A DNA stretch of 64,000 nucleotides, from the NCBI GenBank assembly GCA_964019425.1, contig OZ025796.1:992001-1056000 (forward strand). The letters are read 5' to 3'. How positions within the stretch are numbered: the stretch's first letter is position 1; every line of letters begins with the position of its first letter. The notes under the pieces are model-generated. The model saw only the letters and a list, made by a program, of their open reading frames with translations, did not search any database and was not told the DNA's origin. The position numbers and the translations under genes were made by a program. Positions 1 through 9,347 of the stretch are shown piece after piece. Source of the DNA: Flectonema sp. DT1601. Taxonomy: Eukaryota.

Positions 1-766
1 ATTTCTGTGTGTACTTCATCACGGCAACGTGAGGCATCATAGCCACCACACCTGTATTAGGCCACACTTTAAAACATGGTTCAACTGTTGGTCTCTCACC
101 ACACATCATGGCTAAATTCGCATTCAATGAAAGGAAGTGTTGCCATGGATTTCGTAGAGCAATAACGTCAGTATCGAGAAGTATGAGAGCGATACCTGTG
201 TTGGTTAGTTGGTTGTCGTAATAATAACTGAAAATAAGAATAAGAAAACAATTCAAACCTGACTGTAAGATTCGATTCATCATAATAGGTTTACAATGCA
301 TTACTGATAATGTTAGTTTGTGACCTGTCGATCTCTTTGTAGAAAGCCAAGGGCATATTTGAACTACGTCAGAACAGTCAACATTATTACTTTGACACCA
401 ACTTGACAATCTATCCCCTTGTGTTCCTATGAAGATTCCAGTTGAAGCTGAGTCGTCATTCGTTGTAGTTATAGATTTTCTGACATTGTACAACCAGCTG
501 CTCAGCATTCTCTGTGCTCTACAGTTAGCAACTGTGGCTATAATACGTCCGTGTCTTGATGCTGATTTCACTGTTGTGATAAAGTTGTCTTTTGGTCCAA
601 TAGAATGCGTGATCCTGTTTTGAGAAACATTATTTCCGACAACTCGAATAGACACCAAGAAATTAACATCTTCAACACCAATACTAGGATACGCAGCCCA
701 TAGTGCTAGTAGTGTCATAATTGGTATCGCGATAAACGTTACCCTCATCAGTCTATCAACAGCCAT
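1..766 (-). CDS. Nucleotide-diphospho-sugar transferase (GT77-like) type II membrane glycosyltransferase; 3' end runs off the window; intron 196-258
   Basis: Manual translation from ATG 766: MAVDRLMRVTFIAIPIMTLLALWAAYP (signal anchor) ... KPIMMNRILQS|GIALILLDTDVIALRNPWQHF ... PNTGVV. Contains the DxD motif and the NTG motif of this family. Absent from the ORF track because it has no stop in the window. Confidence 0.8.
   Translation of the reverse strand, partial: MAVDRLMRVTFIAIPIMTLLALWAAYPSIGVEDVNFLVSIRVVGNNVSQNRITHSIGPKDNFITTVKSASRHGRIIATVANCRAQRMLSSWLYNVRKSITTTNDDSASTGIFIGTQGDRLSSWCQSNNVDCSDVVQICPWLSTKRSTGHKLTLSVMHCKPIMMNRILQSGLNCFLILIFSYYYDNQLTNTGIALILLDTDVIALRNPWQHFLSLNANLAMMCGERPTVEPCFKVWPNTGVVAMMPHVAVMKYTQK
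196..258 (-). other. GT-AG intron (63 nt, phase 1, in frame and stopless)
   Basis: CAG|GTTTGAATTGTTTTCTTATTC...CAACCAACTAACCAACACAG|GT. Removal restores ILQSGIALILLDTD; contains a CTAAC branch-like motif. Confidence 0.75.
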
Positions 767-781
767 GTTGGCAAATAGAAA

Positions 782-820
782 CTGAAGGGAGAAAGATGAA
801 TCAAAAATAAATTAAATCAC
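782..820 (-). promoter_or_regulatory. Putative trans-splice acceptor (polypyrimidine tract + AG) for the GT77 gene
   Basis: Minus strand TTTATTTTTGATTCATCTTTCTCCCTTCAG, 15 nt upstream of the ATG. Confidence 0.55.
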
Positions 821-1345
821 AAACTACGACCACATCCATTAAGCATAACTTAGAAGACATCACCGACAGTATTTGAGAAAAAGGATGTTTTAGAAATCCA
901 ACTTTTTCTCAGTCGGATTCACTGAAGAGAGTTAAGCTCCCCAACCTTCAAAAAGTAAAGGTTTCCTTATTAAGTAGTTTACGATCTCAAGATATAATTC
1001 TTTATCGAATCCAGTGAAGACAAACTAAACGAAAAACTCGCCATACGTCTTCACAACCGTGAGACTCTCACTGGCTAAAAAAAGACATCCGCCGCATAAA
1101 CAAGGCAGACAGTAGTATTCGATATCCTTCAGTGCTCACACAACAACGATCAACTTAAGGGGAAGTGGGATCTATGTACGAAGAGAGTGTGGATTGACGT
1201 CAGTTATGTGACGGCACTGTTATTTTATTTATAAAAACCACGAAGAAGAATACCACCATAAAGAAAATATAAATAAAAAATAGAACAAACAAGGACACGG
1301 TCGTCGACTCAGTGTAAATAACAACCCAACTTTTGAGAGTATTAA

Positions 1346-2695
1346 TTAATCAGTTTTTTGACAGATCTCTTGAACCTCCGCAGCTTCCGGCGATAGATCA
1401 CCGTCACACTCAATTTGAATATCTTCTCCTTCAAGATTGTCAGCAGCAGAATCATCTTTTTGAGATGTCAACTCTACATCAGATTGATGATGTGGAGACG
1501 TTGGTGGTTTCACAACTAAGACCAAATTTAAAGAATCAAAAGGTCGTTCGATCCAAGCATATAGTCCAGCCACAACAAGAAGTAGTGTCGCAAACACACT
1601 AAAGAGAATCGAAGCTCCCGCATGGTAATAGATGAATCCACCTCCAAGAGTACCAATCAATGGACCAACACCCCATGACACACCATTTAGTACTCCCATT
1701 AAGGAGGTGGTCATTCCAGGGGGAGCAAATTCGTTAACAAAAAATACAGCTGCAGACCAGCTAAGACCATAGGCTATACCGTGCATCGATTCTAATAAAA
1801 AAGCCCAATAAGGATGAGTAATAATACTGTAGCCAAAAAAACGCATCGATTGCGCAATGCAACCAACAAAAACCATTGATGCTGGCCCAACTCTTTTCCT
1901 TATCTCAGTTGAGTAAATGAAAACAGGAATTTCACTAGCGATGCCAACCATCGTAGTGAACCCGATGAGTGTTTTTGAAGCTCCCAAATCATCTAAATGA
2001 AGATAGACATATACATAACAAAGATGTACACCAGTACTGACTAATGACACACAAGTAAAGATCATTAAACATTTCTTTGAAAAACAACAAAGTGATAACA
2101 CGTCAACAACAGAAGGTGGCTTTTGACTTCCCTCACGCTGAATACCTCCAACTGGTGGAGGTATAATCATCCAATACTTAACCGTGACTGCTACAATAAT
2201 TAGACAAAGTGAGAAGACAATCGGAGGAGTTGGGTTGTGATCGTTGTGGTCGTACAAAAGACCCGCAATAGGTACGAAGATACCCCAAGAAGCCGATCCA
2301 TAGACTCGCTGACGACCCCAATCCCCATTCTTTGACTCTGTGTAGGCTATTGTTAACCTGTCAAGTATTGTAAAATGACCACTTTGTGTTATGAAATAAG
2401 CTACCATGAACCACAACGATAACCCTCCTCCAGAAGTTACGAACCCGATGGAAGTGACTCCCGCGCCAGCTGCTGTTAGGGCGAAGACTCCTTCCGGGCT
2501 CTTTATTTTTTCGGCAATAAAAGCCCATGTTGGTGCACATATCATCATACACAGAGGGTATGCAGCAAGAAGTAATCCTGTGTCGTCAGGATCGTATCCC
2601 TTTCCTCTTAATATCAACGACAGAAATGGCTGAAGCATCGCCCATCCAGCCAGGTATCCAAAATATGCAACCTTCGGAGGATGTAGATTCGACAT
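1346..2695 (-). CDS. Major facilitator superfamily transporter, MFSD6-like
   Basis: 449 aa with about 12 hydrophobic helices; WGRQRVYGSASWG, SEIPVF and ESMHGIAYGLSW motifs typical of MFS_1-like/MFSD6. Confidence 0.85.
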   Translation of the reverse strand: MSNLHPPKVAYFGYLAGWAMLQPFLSLILRGKGYDPDDTGLLLAAYPLCMMICAPTWAFIAEKIKSPEGVFALTAAGAGVTSIGFVTSGGGLSLWFMVAYFITQSGHFTILDRLTIAYTESKNGDWGRQRVYGSASWGIFVPIAGLLYDHNDHNPTPPIVFSLCLIIVAVTVKYWMIIPPPVGGIQREGSQKPPSVVDVLSLCCFSKKCLMIFTCVSLVSTGVHLCYVYVYLHLDDLGASKTLIGFTTMVGIASEIPVFIYSTEIRKRVGPASMVFVGCIAQSMRFFGYSIITHPYWAFLLESMHGIAYGLSWSAAVFFVNEFAPPGMTTSLMGVLNGVSWGVGPLIGTLGGGFIYYHAGASILFSVFATLLLVVAGLYAWIERPFDSLNLVLVVKPPTSPHHQSDVELTSQKDDSAADNLEGEDIQIECDGDLSPEAAEVQEICQKTD

Positions 2696-2819
2696 TTTCT
2701 TACTGCCTTTGATATCTAGTAACGAATTGAGAATAACAGATGCAGTGCATTATTCTTTTTATGTTGTTGAGGGGGACATAGTTACATTTATCACAAATAA
2801 AAATCTTTTCTCTCGGATC

Positions 2820-2855
2820 CCTTACCCAGCCCTCTTAAGCGAAGAAAGTAAGGGG
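2820..2855 (-). repeat. 36-nt dispersed hairpin repeat, copy 1 (copy 2 at 44140-44175)
   Basis: Plus strand ccttacccagccctctt[a/c]agcgaagaaagtaagggg; 35/36 identical between copies. Confidence 0.85.
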
Positions 2856-3491
2856 ATACTGCAGGATCAGTTCTCATGTTATTATGCTGCTGAAGGAACA
2901 ACGTTAGTAAGCAATAATACTACTAAACAAAAAGCAATTGAAATGAGAGAAAGTACACTTAATGAAGTGCCATTTGCACAAATTAAGTTGACCGAAAAGA
3001 TGCAATATCACCACCACCGAAGGGTGGAGACGTGGGAGAATACATCCAAACTTTTTTTTTTAAAAAAAAAAATTTGATCACGGAACAATAGTTTCCTGGA
3101 TCGCTTTATCTTTTGTTTTACAAAATATTAAAGATAAGAAATCATGTGATCAAAAACAAATGGGTGAACTAATTGAAGTGAAGAGAGGAAGTTAACAGCA
3201 ATTACCGAGATCGACCTTACTTCGGGTCGATACCGTCGTCGCGTTGTGAGCAAATAATTGTCCCTTTCCCAGTAGACACACGTAAACTTTCTTCACTTTG
3301 ATTAGATTATAAAAAAAGTCGAAGAACAATTTTTGTGCGAACACTAAGAAGTTTCATGGCTTAGCCATATCCTTTTTTTTTTTCTTTTATTTCTTTTTTT
3401 TTTTCCCTATTTTTGATATTAGTGGTTTTCAACAAGCACACACTCGGTTTTTTTTTCCCTCCACAATTGGAGATCACACATGTATTTTTCC

Positions 3492-4169
3492 TTAAACATC
3501 TGGAAAATTAGATTGCGCTGCTGGAGGGTTTCCGCATGTGTATGTGGTTTGAACGACTGTCGATACGATAGGATTATTGATATCAATGCCTGTCAATAAA
3601 ACACGTTCACGCAAGAAGGCGTTCAGATAAGGTTCATCAAGATTATCTTTGGTAACCAAAAATTTGTAGTCACCTGAAGTAGTTGAAAGTAGGTACACAT
3701 AATAAGCTGTCGCTCTTCTGTTGGCAGAAATCTCAAGTGTGCACGCAATTCTAATACAATCACTGTACTTGAGTGTGAATTCCTTTGCTAACCTGTCAAT
3801 GCCACGGGTTCTGTAGTAAACTGTTTGTGTCGCATCGTCGAACTCCAATTGGTACTTACCCCACACATAAAATGAATTGACAATTAAACCCACAGGTAGT
3901 ATTAACCCAGCCAAAGCATACAATGAAGTAGTTACAGCAACAGCAATTATACTTCCCACCAACAGTAATGCTACGACCCATGACGTTCCGCACTCCCCAT
4001 CTGATTCAGTTTTTAGTATCCATTTATCATGCACATGTGAAAACCATTTATTTACGAGCCCAGGATGTAACGGCTGACCTCCATTGCCAGTCATATCAAT
4101 AGCTAGTCTGACTGGCTGTCCCTGAACAACTTCATTAACTGTTTTTTGTTCTGTAGGAGTGCATTCCAT
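3492..4169 (-). CDS. Hypothetical membrane protein (two adjacent TM helices)
   Basis: 225-aa ORF with normal composition; hydrophobic hairpin WVVALLLVGSIIAVAV...LAGLILPVGLIV. Confidence 0.65.
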   Translation of the reverse strand: MECTPTEQKTVNEVVQGQPVRLAIDMTGNGGQPLHPGLVNKWFSHVHDKWILKTESDGECGTSWVVALLLVGSIIAVAVTTSLYALAGLILPVGLIVNSFYVWGKYQLEFDDATQTVYYRTRGIDRLAKEFTLKYSDCIRIACTLEISANRRATAYYVYLLSTTSGDYKFLVTKDNLDEPYLNAFLRERVLLTGIDINNPIVSTVVQTTYTCGNPPAAQSNFPDV

Positions 4170-4335
4170 TTTTGTATTTAATTTAATATAGACAGAGGTC
4201 TCTTGGATAAAGATAAGAATGAAAACATTTAATATATCTCTATTAGAGGGCTACGAATAGAATATTAGGAATTAGAATAAAGGTTTTTTTTTTTTTTTAA
4301 AAAATAAAAATAAAAGCATTAAAAGACTCTCTGGA

Positions 4336-5535
4336 TTAGTTGTTTGCAGAATCTCCGAAGGAAAACGGTTGGAAGACCTCACCAGCTGTACCAGAAACAT
4401 CATCAACAATATCCATGACATCGTTGTCAGGGTTGAGGATGACTGTCGGTATTGCGGGTGCGATGAACGGAGCATCGTAGTCAGCTAATGCAGTAGTGTT
4501 TTGAGCAATCCAAGTATCAAATGCGTAATCTTCTTTACATCCAACCATATTACGAATGTAGTCTTTGTTCTCGCCAGGGTTGTAATTTCTTACAAGTTCA
4601 AGATCTGGTGAACCCCAATTATAATTAGTAAAGATCTCATGATTTTTAAGGTCTTCAGGGTATGACTGTTCCCCAACTCCTAATCTACTTGTAGGATCAG
4701 TGCGTAGTGTCTTCTCACAGAAGTCTTTCATCACGGGTGATTTTATAATGTCAAAGTCTACACGACACTTGACAACTTGACGAAAAATTTCAAACTGTGA
4801 TTCTGCATAAAATGGAGGTCTGCCAGTAGTCATTTGATACACAATGCATCCCAGTCCCCAAATATCACTTGCGTAGCTGTGGCTACAAGAGTCTAACATT
4901 TCAGGAGAGACATACTGCGCAGTTCCAACAAACTGCTGGGTTTTGCGACGTACATCTTGTACCTCACTGATGGAGTATTTTCGTATATCATTTGGTGACT
5001 GTTCGTGTATTGACTTAGTCATCGTCATTGCCACTGGACTTGATGAGTCTGACATCGCAGTGTCGAAGTCTAGAATACCAACACTTCCATCATCTCTGAA
5101 ACAGATATTTTGTGGTTTAATATCTCTGTGAGTCCAACCTAGTTTATGAATTGAGATAATACCTTCTAAAAGCATTCCTACTACTTGTGATAATACATTG
5201 TCTGGTACAGATGATTTTAAACACATCATCTCAAGGTTACCACCACTCATGTACTCCATTACGTAAAATAATTCCTCATCAGTTTGAAAGGTACACATTA
5301 GTGTGCAGATGTATGGAGATTTGTGTAGCTGTTGGAGGATGTCTTTTTCCTTTACTGCGGCTTCGACTTTATTCATTTGAATGAGATCTGATTTCGCGAC
5401 CGTCTTGATCGCGTACTGCTTGTCATCTTTTAGATACTTACACAGGAATACTCGCGCTATTGCTCCGACTCCCAACTCCTTTGCGTTGTCCCAATCGAAG
5501 TCTTCATAGGACACTTGTTCACCTGCCCAAGCCAT
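4336..5535 (-). CDS. AGC-group Ser/Thr kinase, PDK1/Pkh-like (likely start MAWAGEQ at 5535; ORF open to 5592)
   Basis: LGVGAIARV, YAIK, TFQTDEELFYVMEY, HRDIKPQN, FVGTAQYVSPEML, SDIWGLGCIVYQMTTGRPPF. FVGTAQYVSPE is the PDK1 signature. Confidence 0.85.
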   Translation of the reverse strand: MAWAGEQVSYEDFDWDNAKELGVGAIARVFLCKYLKDDKQYAIKTVAKSDLIQMNKVEAAVKEKDILQQLHKSPYICTLMCTFQTDEELFYVMEYMSGGNLEMMCLKSSVPDNVLSQVVGMLLEGIISIHKLGWTHRDIKPQNICFRDDGSVGILDFDTAMSDSSSPVAMTMTKSIHEQSPNDIRKYSISEVQDVRRKTQQFVGTAQYVSPEMLDSCSHSYASDIWGLGCIVYQMTTGRPPFYAESQFEIFRQVVKCRVDFDIIKSPVMKDFCEKTLRTDPTSRLGVGEQSYPEDLKNHEIFTNYNWGSPDLELVRNYNPGENKDYIRNMVGCKEDYAFDTWIAQNTTALADYDAPFIAPAIPTVILNPDNDVMDIVDDVSGTAGEVFQPFSFGDSANN

Positions 5536-5952
5536 GCTGTTAGTGTATCCTGTTATAGAGTAAAGGAGGGAATTCAAATCACTCATTCTCATGTGACGTG
5601 TGACTATAGAGAGGTACCTCTTCTGTTGTAATCCTGATAATAAATAGAAAGAACATAAAACTGACGAGCTGCAGCAACAACAAAGTCGACAGTCCGAATG
5701 GATGTCAGCCGCTAATAAGAACCCAACACAGAAACTGATGTAGAAATGTGAAGGTCACGGCGAAGATTCAAAGAGCGATTCTTTTCTGCTTAGAGACAAG
5801 AAGGGAACGCTCTCTCAAGTGAATGGTGTTCTAAATATCAGGTAAGAAACTAAGTTAAGTTTCGGTGACTAATTTCAGAAAAACTCTATCTGACGCATGT
5901 GCACTTCAATGCAATTATTCTCCAGTACAGTATGTTAAATTAAAAATAAGGA

Positions 5953-6581
5953 TCACCAAAATTTAAATCGTTTCATACTAGTAGCTATTTTTGATAGTGC
6001 GGTAGGTTCCTTCTCTGTCTCCGTTTCCGTCTCATCTTCACTCTCTTTAACTGCGTCACTGAAAGCTTGCTGAAAGGTTTCGAGGGTTTGGCTGACGTCT
6101 TCCTGGGGTGTTTCTTGCTTCTTTTTTTCAACCTGTTTTGGGTTTTTGTTTACTTTACTTAAAAAAAGGTAAATGTTTAGTGAGTGTGAAATGGAAAAAA
6201 AAAAAATAGATTCCATACCTCCGCTCTTTTCATTCTGTATGTGAAAATGAACGCAGCAAAACCGATACCTATTATCACTGCAGCTCTTAGCCCTCTGATC
6301 AGAGTTCTTTTTATGATTTCAGTGTTTTCTTTGATCTCTTCTTCTGTCATTGCCTCAACAACTTCTTCTACTCTGCGGTGTTGCTCATACTCATCTGGAA
6401 AATTCTTTTCGTTGATTTGCTTGAAATCAAATTCTTTACTAAAGTCTTGCTGTTGGTAGTCGCTATTGGCCTTCTCCACATCTTTTGCTAATTGCTCAGA
6501 ATTCAACCTATCTCTTAATGAACCATATCTCCGTTGTGGGTAAACCTTACCAAACTTAATACTTCTTTTGATGAAATTCAT
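5953..6581 (-). CDS. Hypothetical single-pass membrane protein, probably mitochondrial; join(6219-6581, 5953-6132), ~180 aa
   Basis: Two ORFs joined in frame by intron 6133-6218 (RAE|VEKKKQ). Basic N-terminus MNFIKRSIKFGKVYPQRRY; TM AAVIIGIGFAAFIFTY. Confidence 0.7.
6133..6218 (-). other. GT-AG intron (86 nt, phase 0)
   Basis: GAG|GTATGGAATCTATTTTTTTTTTTTCC...GTAAACAAAAACCCAAAACAG|GTT; joins two ORFs in frame. Confidence 0.75.
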
Positions 6582-6995
6582 ATTCTTAAGACCTGGTAAT
6601 AATTTATTTTTGAAAACTCTAATAACTTACATCCACACTCGTATATGTCATAGCTAACACGAAGACACTGTTAGAAAGAAAGTGGAGTATGGATCTCTGT
6701 TGCTGCAGCTTGGTTAAAATGAATGAAAATCTATTTGTTATGTAACACGAAAGGTGTACAAAGAAAGAAAAAAAAGTCACAAAAAGAAACTGTAACTACT
6801 ATAATTACTTTTTTTTAAAAAGTTTTTTTTTTTTTTTTTTGACAGGGAAAATCTACGATTAAGGAAACTACAAAAAAAACAAACCAAAACAACAGAAAGA
6901 CGCTGAGCCTTGGCAATAAAACCGAGGCAGCTATGAAAGTGACTATTATATCGAATAAGGTACAAGTAGGGGAAATAAAACATAAAACACAAATA

Positions 6996-8387
6996 TTAAA
7001 CTTCCTGCATCGTAACTTGTGTCGGTAGCTGATCGTATGCCAAGTCGTCATCAGAATCTGACTCAGGACTCATAGGAATAGCAGTATCATCAGTAGTGCT
7101 TACGCTGAGTGGAGGAAGTGGAGGAGGAGGATGTTCTTCGAAAGTAGACTTTCGACGACCAGCTCCCCCAGGTATCGCCCTCTCAGCTCTCGCAACTGCT
7201 TCTTCAGCAACTGTTTGATCATTTCTGAAAGTCGCAGAAGGTCGGAGTGCCGATGCAGAAGTAGACACGAGTCCCTTCCACCAGTCTTCAGTAGCTCCAC
7301 TATCTTGCTTTGTTATTGTGATAGCTGACTGCTCTCTCTTTGACGCATCTTGCTGTCGTCGTTGCCTAGCCTTAATAGCTGGAGGTACCGAAGGAGGATA
7401 ATTAGGTGCCCCTGTTGAGGATGATTTTGGAAGCAAAGCAGCCGCAACATCTGTCGCAGGTGGTGATAAATGACCTGGAACATTAGCATCAACGTCATTG
7501 AAGTCTACCGTCGGGTAAGGAAAGGTTGCTGATAATTGTTTGGAGGAGCTTTGCTTGCCTTTAACTTTGAAAGGCTCTGAGGGATGTTTCTTTTTATGAT
7601 ACTCTCTCGGGTGTGTACTCGGATTTAACGAAGTCTGAATAACTGACGCGATGTTAACTGGAGAAGCGTTAGAGCTCTCAGGTGAAGGAGAATGAGATGC
7701 GTGAGAAACCGGAGGTGGAGAAGGAGATCCCCCAAAGCGAGAACCAGAGTTATTCACTGCAGTGAGTGTCGCTACTAACGATTGTCTGTCTTCTTGCTGA
7801 CGTTGAAACATTGTTTTCAATGTCGATAATTGCTCTTCAACTGCCTTAACATCAACAATCCCAGCAGTTCTTTGTGCAGCCTGCTGCAGTAACGTCTGTT
7901 GAAGCTTTCTATGTCTGTAGTGGTGGTATTCAGTTTCGTTGTGGATCTCTTTTGCTGTTTCTGCTACGATCTCTTTTATAAATTCATCAACCTTTTCAAT
8001 TAAACATTCCTCTTGTCTTTCAATGAGATCAATCTTCTGTAATTGGTCTCTTAGGATACGATCTTGACTACTGATGACTTCGTTGATATTCTTTTGTTGG
8101 TTATTAAGTTGTTCAAAGATCTTCCTATTTACTAAGTCTTGCTGGACAAGTCTATTGTGTTGGGGTTCTACCTTCTCTTGTGCATTTCTTAGAGTGTGGA
8201 TCTGCTTTTGAAGAAGCTGCATAGCAACACTTTCTTTCTTTCCGACTTCATTAGTCTTTCCCAACAGTGGACTGGTTGCGTCTGAAAGCCCTCCTTCTTT
8301 CCTTCGTTTTCTACACACATAAACAACAATACCAACTGCAACTACTCCTACTACTGAGACGGTTGCGATTACCGCTGCACTAGCCAT
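6996..8387 (-). CDS. Hypothetical protein: N-terminal signal anchor, coiled coil, disordered C-terminus
   Basis: 463-aa ORF; TM MASAAVIATVSVVGVVAVGIVVYVC followed by RKRRK; Q/E/L heptad-rich middle. Confidence 0.75.
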   Translation of the reverse strand: MASAAVIATVSVVGVVAVGIVVYVCRKRRKEGGLSDATSPLLGKTNEVGKKESVAMQLLQKQIHTLRNAQEKVEPQHNRLVQQDLVNRKIFEQLNNQQKNINEVISSQDRILRDQLQKIDLIERQEECLIEKVDEFIKEIVAETAKEIHNETEYHHYRHRKLQQTLLQQAAQRTAGIVDVKAVEEQLSTLKTMFQRQQEDRQSLVATLTAVNNSGSRFGGSPSPPPVSHASHSPSPESSNASPVNIASVIQTSLNPSTHPREYHKKKHPSEPFKVKGKQSSSKQLSATFPYPTVDFNDVDANVPGHLSPPATDVAAALLPKSSSTGAPNYPPSVPPAIKARQRRQQDASKREQSAITITKQDSGATEDWWKGLVSTSASALRPSATFRNDQTVAEEAVARAERAIPGGAGRRKSTFEEHPPPPLPPLSVSTTDDTAIPMSPESDSDDDLAYDQLPTQVTMQEV

Positions 8388-9347
8388 TTTGTTTTATCAT
8401 TCCCTGTTATGGTTGTGAATAGTTTTTTTGTATTTTTTTTGTATTTTTTTTTTGAATTGTTATTTATAAAGTGTGTCGAATCTCTTTTCCGTCCAATATG
8501 TTAGTTTTTAGTCTGAGGAAAGAAGAGAACAATATTTCAGAATAGCAATTGTTCAACTACAATATGTTTTATTTTTATTTTTTTGCGTTAAATGCTCATT
8601 AAGGAAAAGAAGGAACAACAAAAGGAACCATCCCATAGTGTTTGTGTGAATTTACGATTTTTTTTTTTTTTTTTTTTTTTTTCCGGATTTTCAATAATCG
8701 CTAAGCCACTTGGAAAGCACGAGGCGGCATTTTAGGTGCGCTTCCTTCTGGAAATGATATAATAATCAACCAAGTTAGTAATAAAAGGAACTATCGTGTT
8801 TTTCAGTGTTTACTATGTGCTTTTGCGTCTTGTGTCACAAACGACGTCAGAAAGCACAGCATCCGAATCACGAGTAAAAAAACTGAACAAAACAGTGTGT
8901 GTGATACGAAGTTTCCTTATTTTTTTTTTTTTTTTTTCAGTTTTTACATGCCTTGCACGAAGTTCTCGTATAGCATCTGTTAAAGATGTTCGACGTCGAC
9001 TTATGTGGTTTTGGTGTTGCTTTTTATAAAACTTTAAGACTGTCCTTGCCTCATCTACGAGTTATCTATTTTGGGGACAAAACAAACAAAAAAGAAAAGA
9101 GGAAAATGAGAAAGCGGACTGCGTCACTTGCGTTAACACAGCCAATACTAATCAGATTCACCTAACATCAGTGGATGTTATGAGGTCATAACAATAAGTA
9201 GACGATGCTTCACCAATACTATACGGTTTAAGGTTTGTTTTAGTTAAGGAAATCAACAAAAGGACCCAGTCTGTAATTTAATCACTGCCTTCGAAAAAAT
9301 GTTAATTCACAATTTAACATTCGCTGTTGATACTTAGAACTCATTCT

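Noticed and set aside
2709..3077. 122-aa plus-strand ORF
   Set aside because: TTG start, opposite to the cluster strand, no motif, and overlaps an intergenic repeat.
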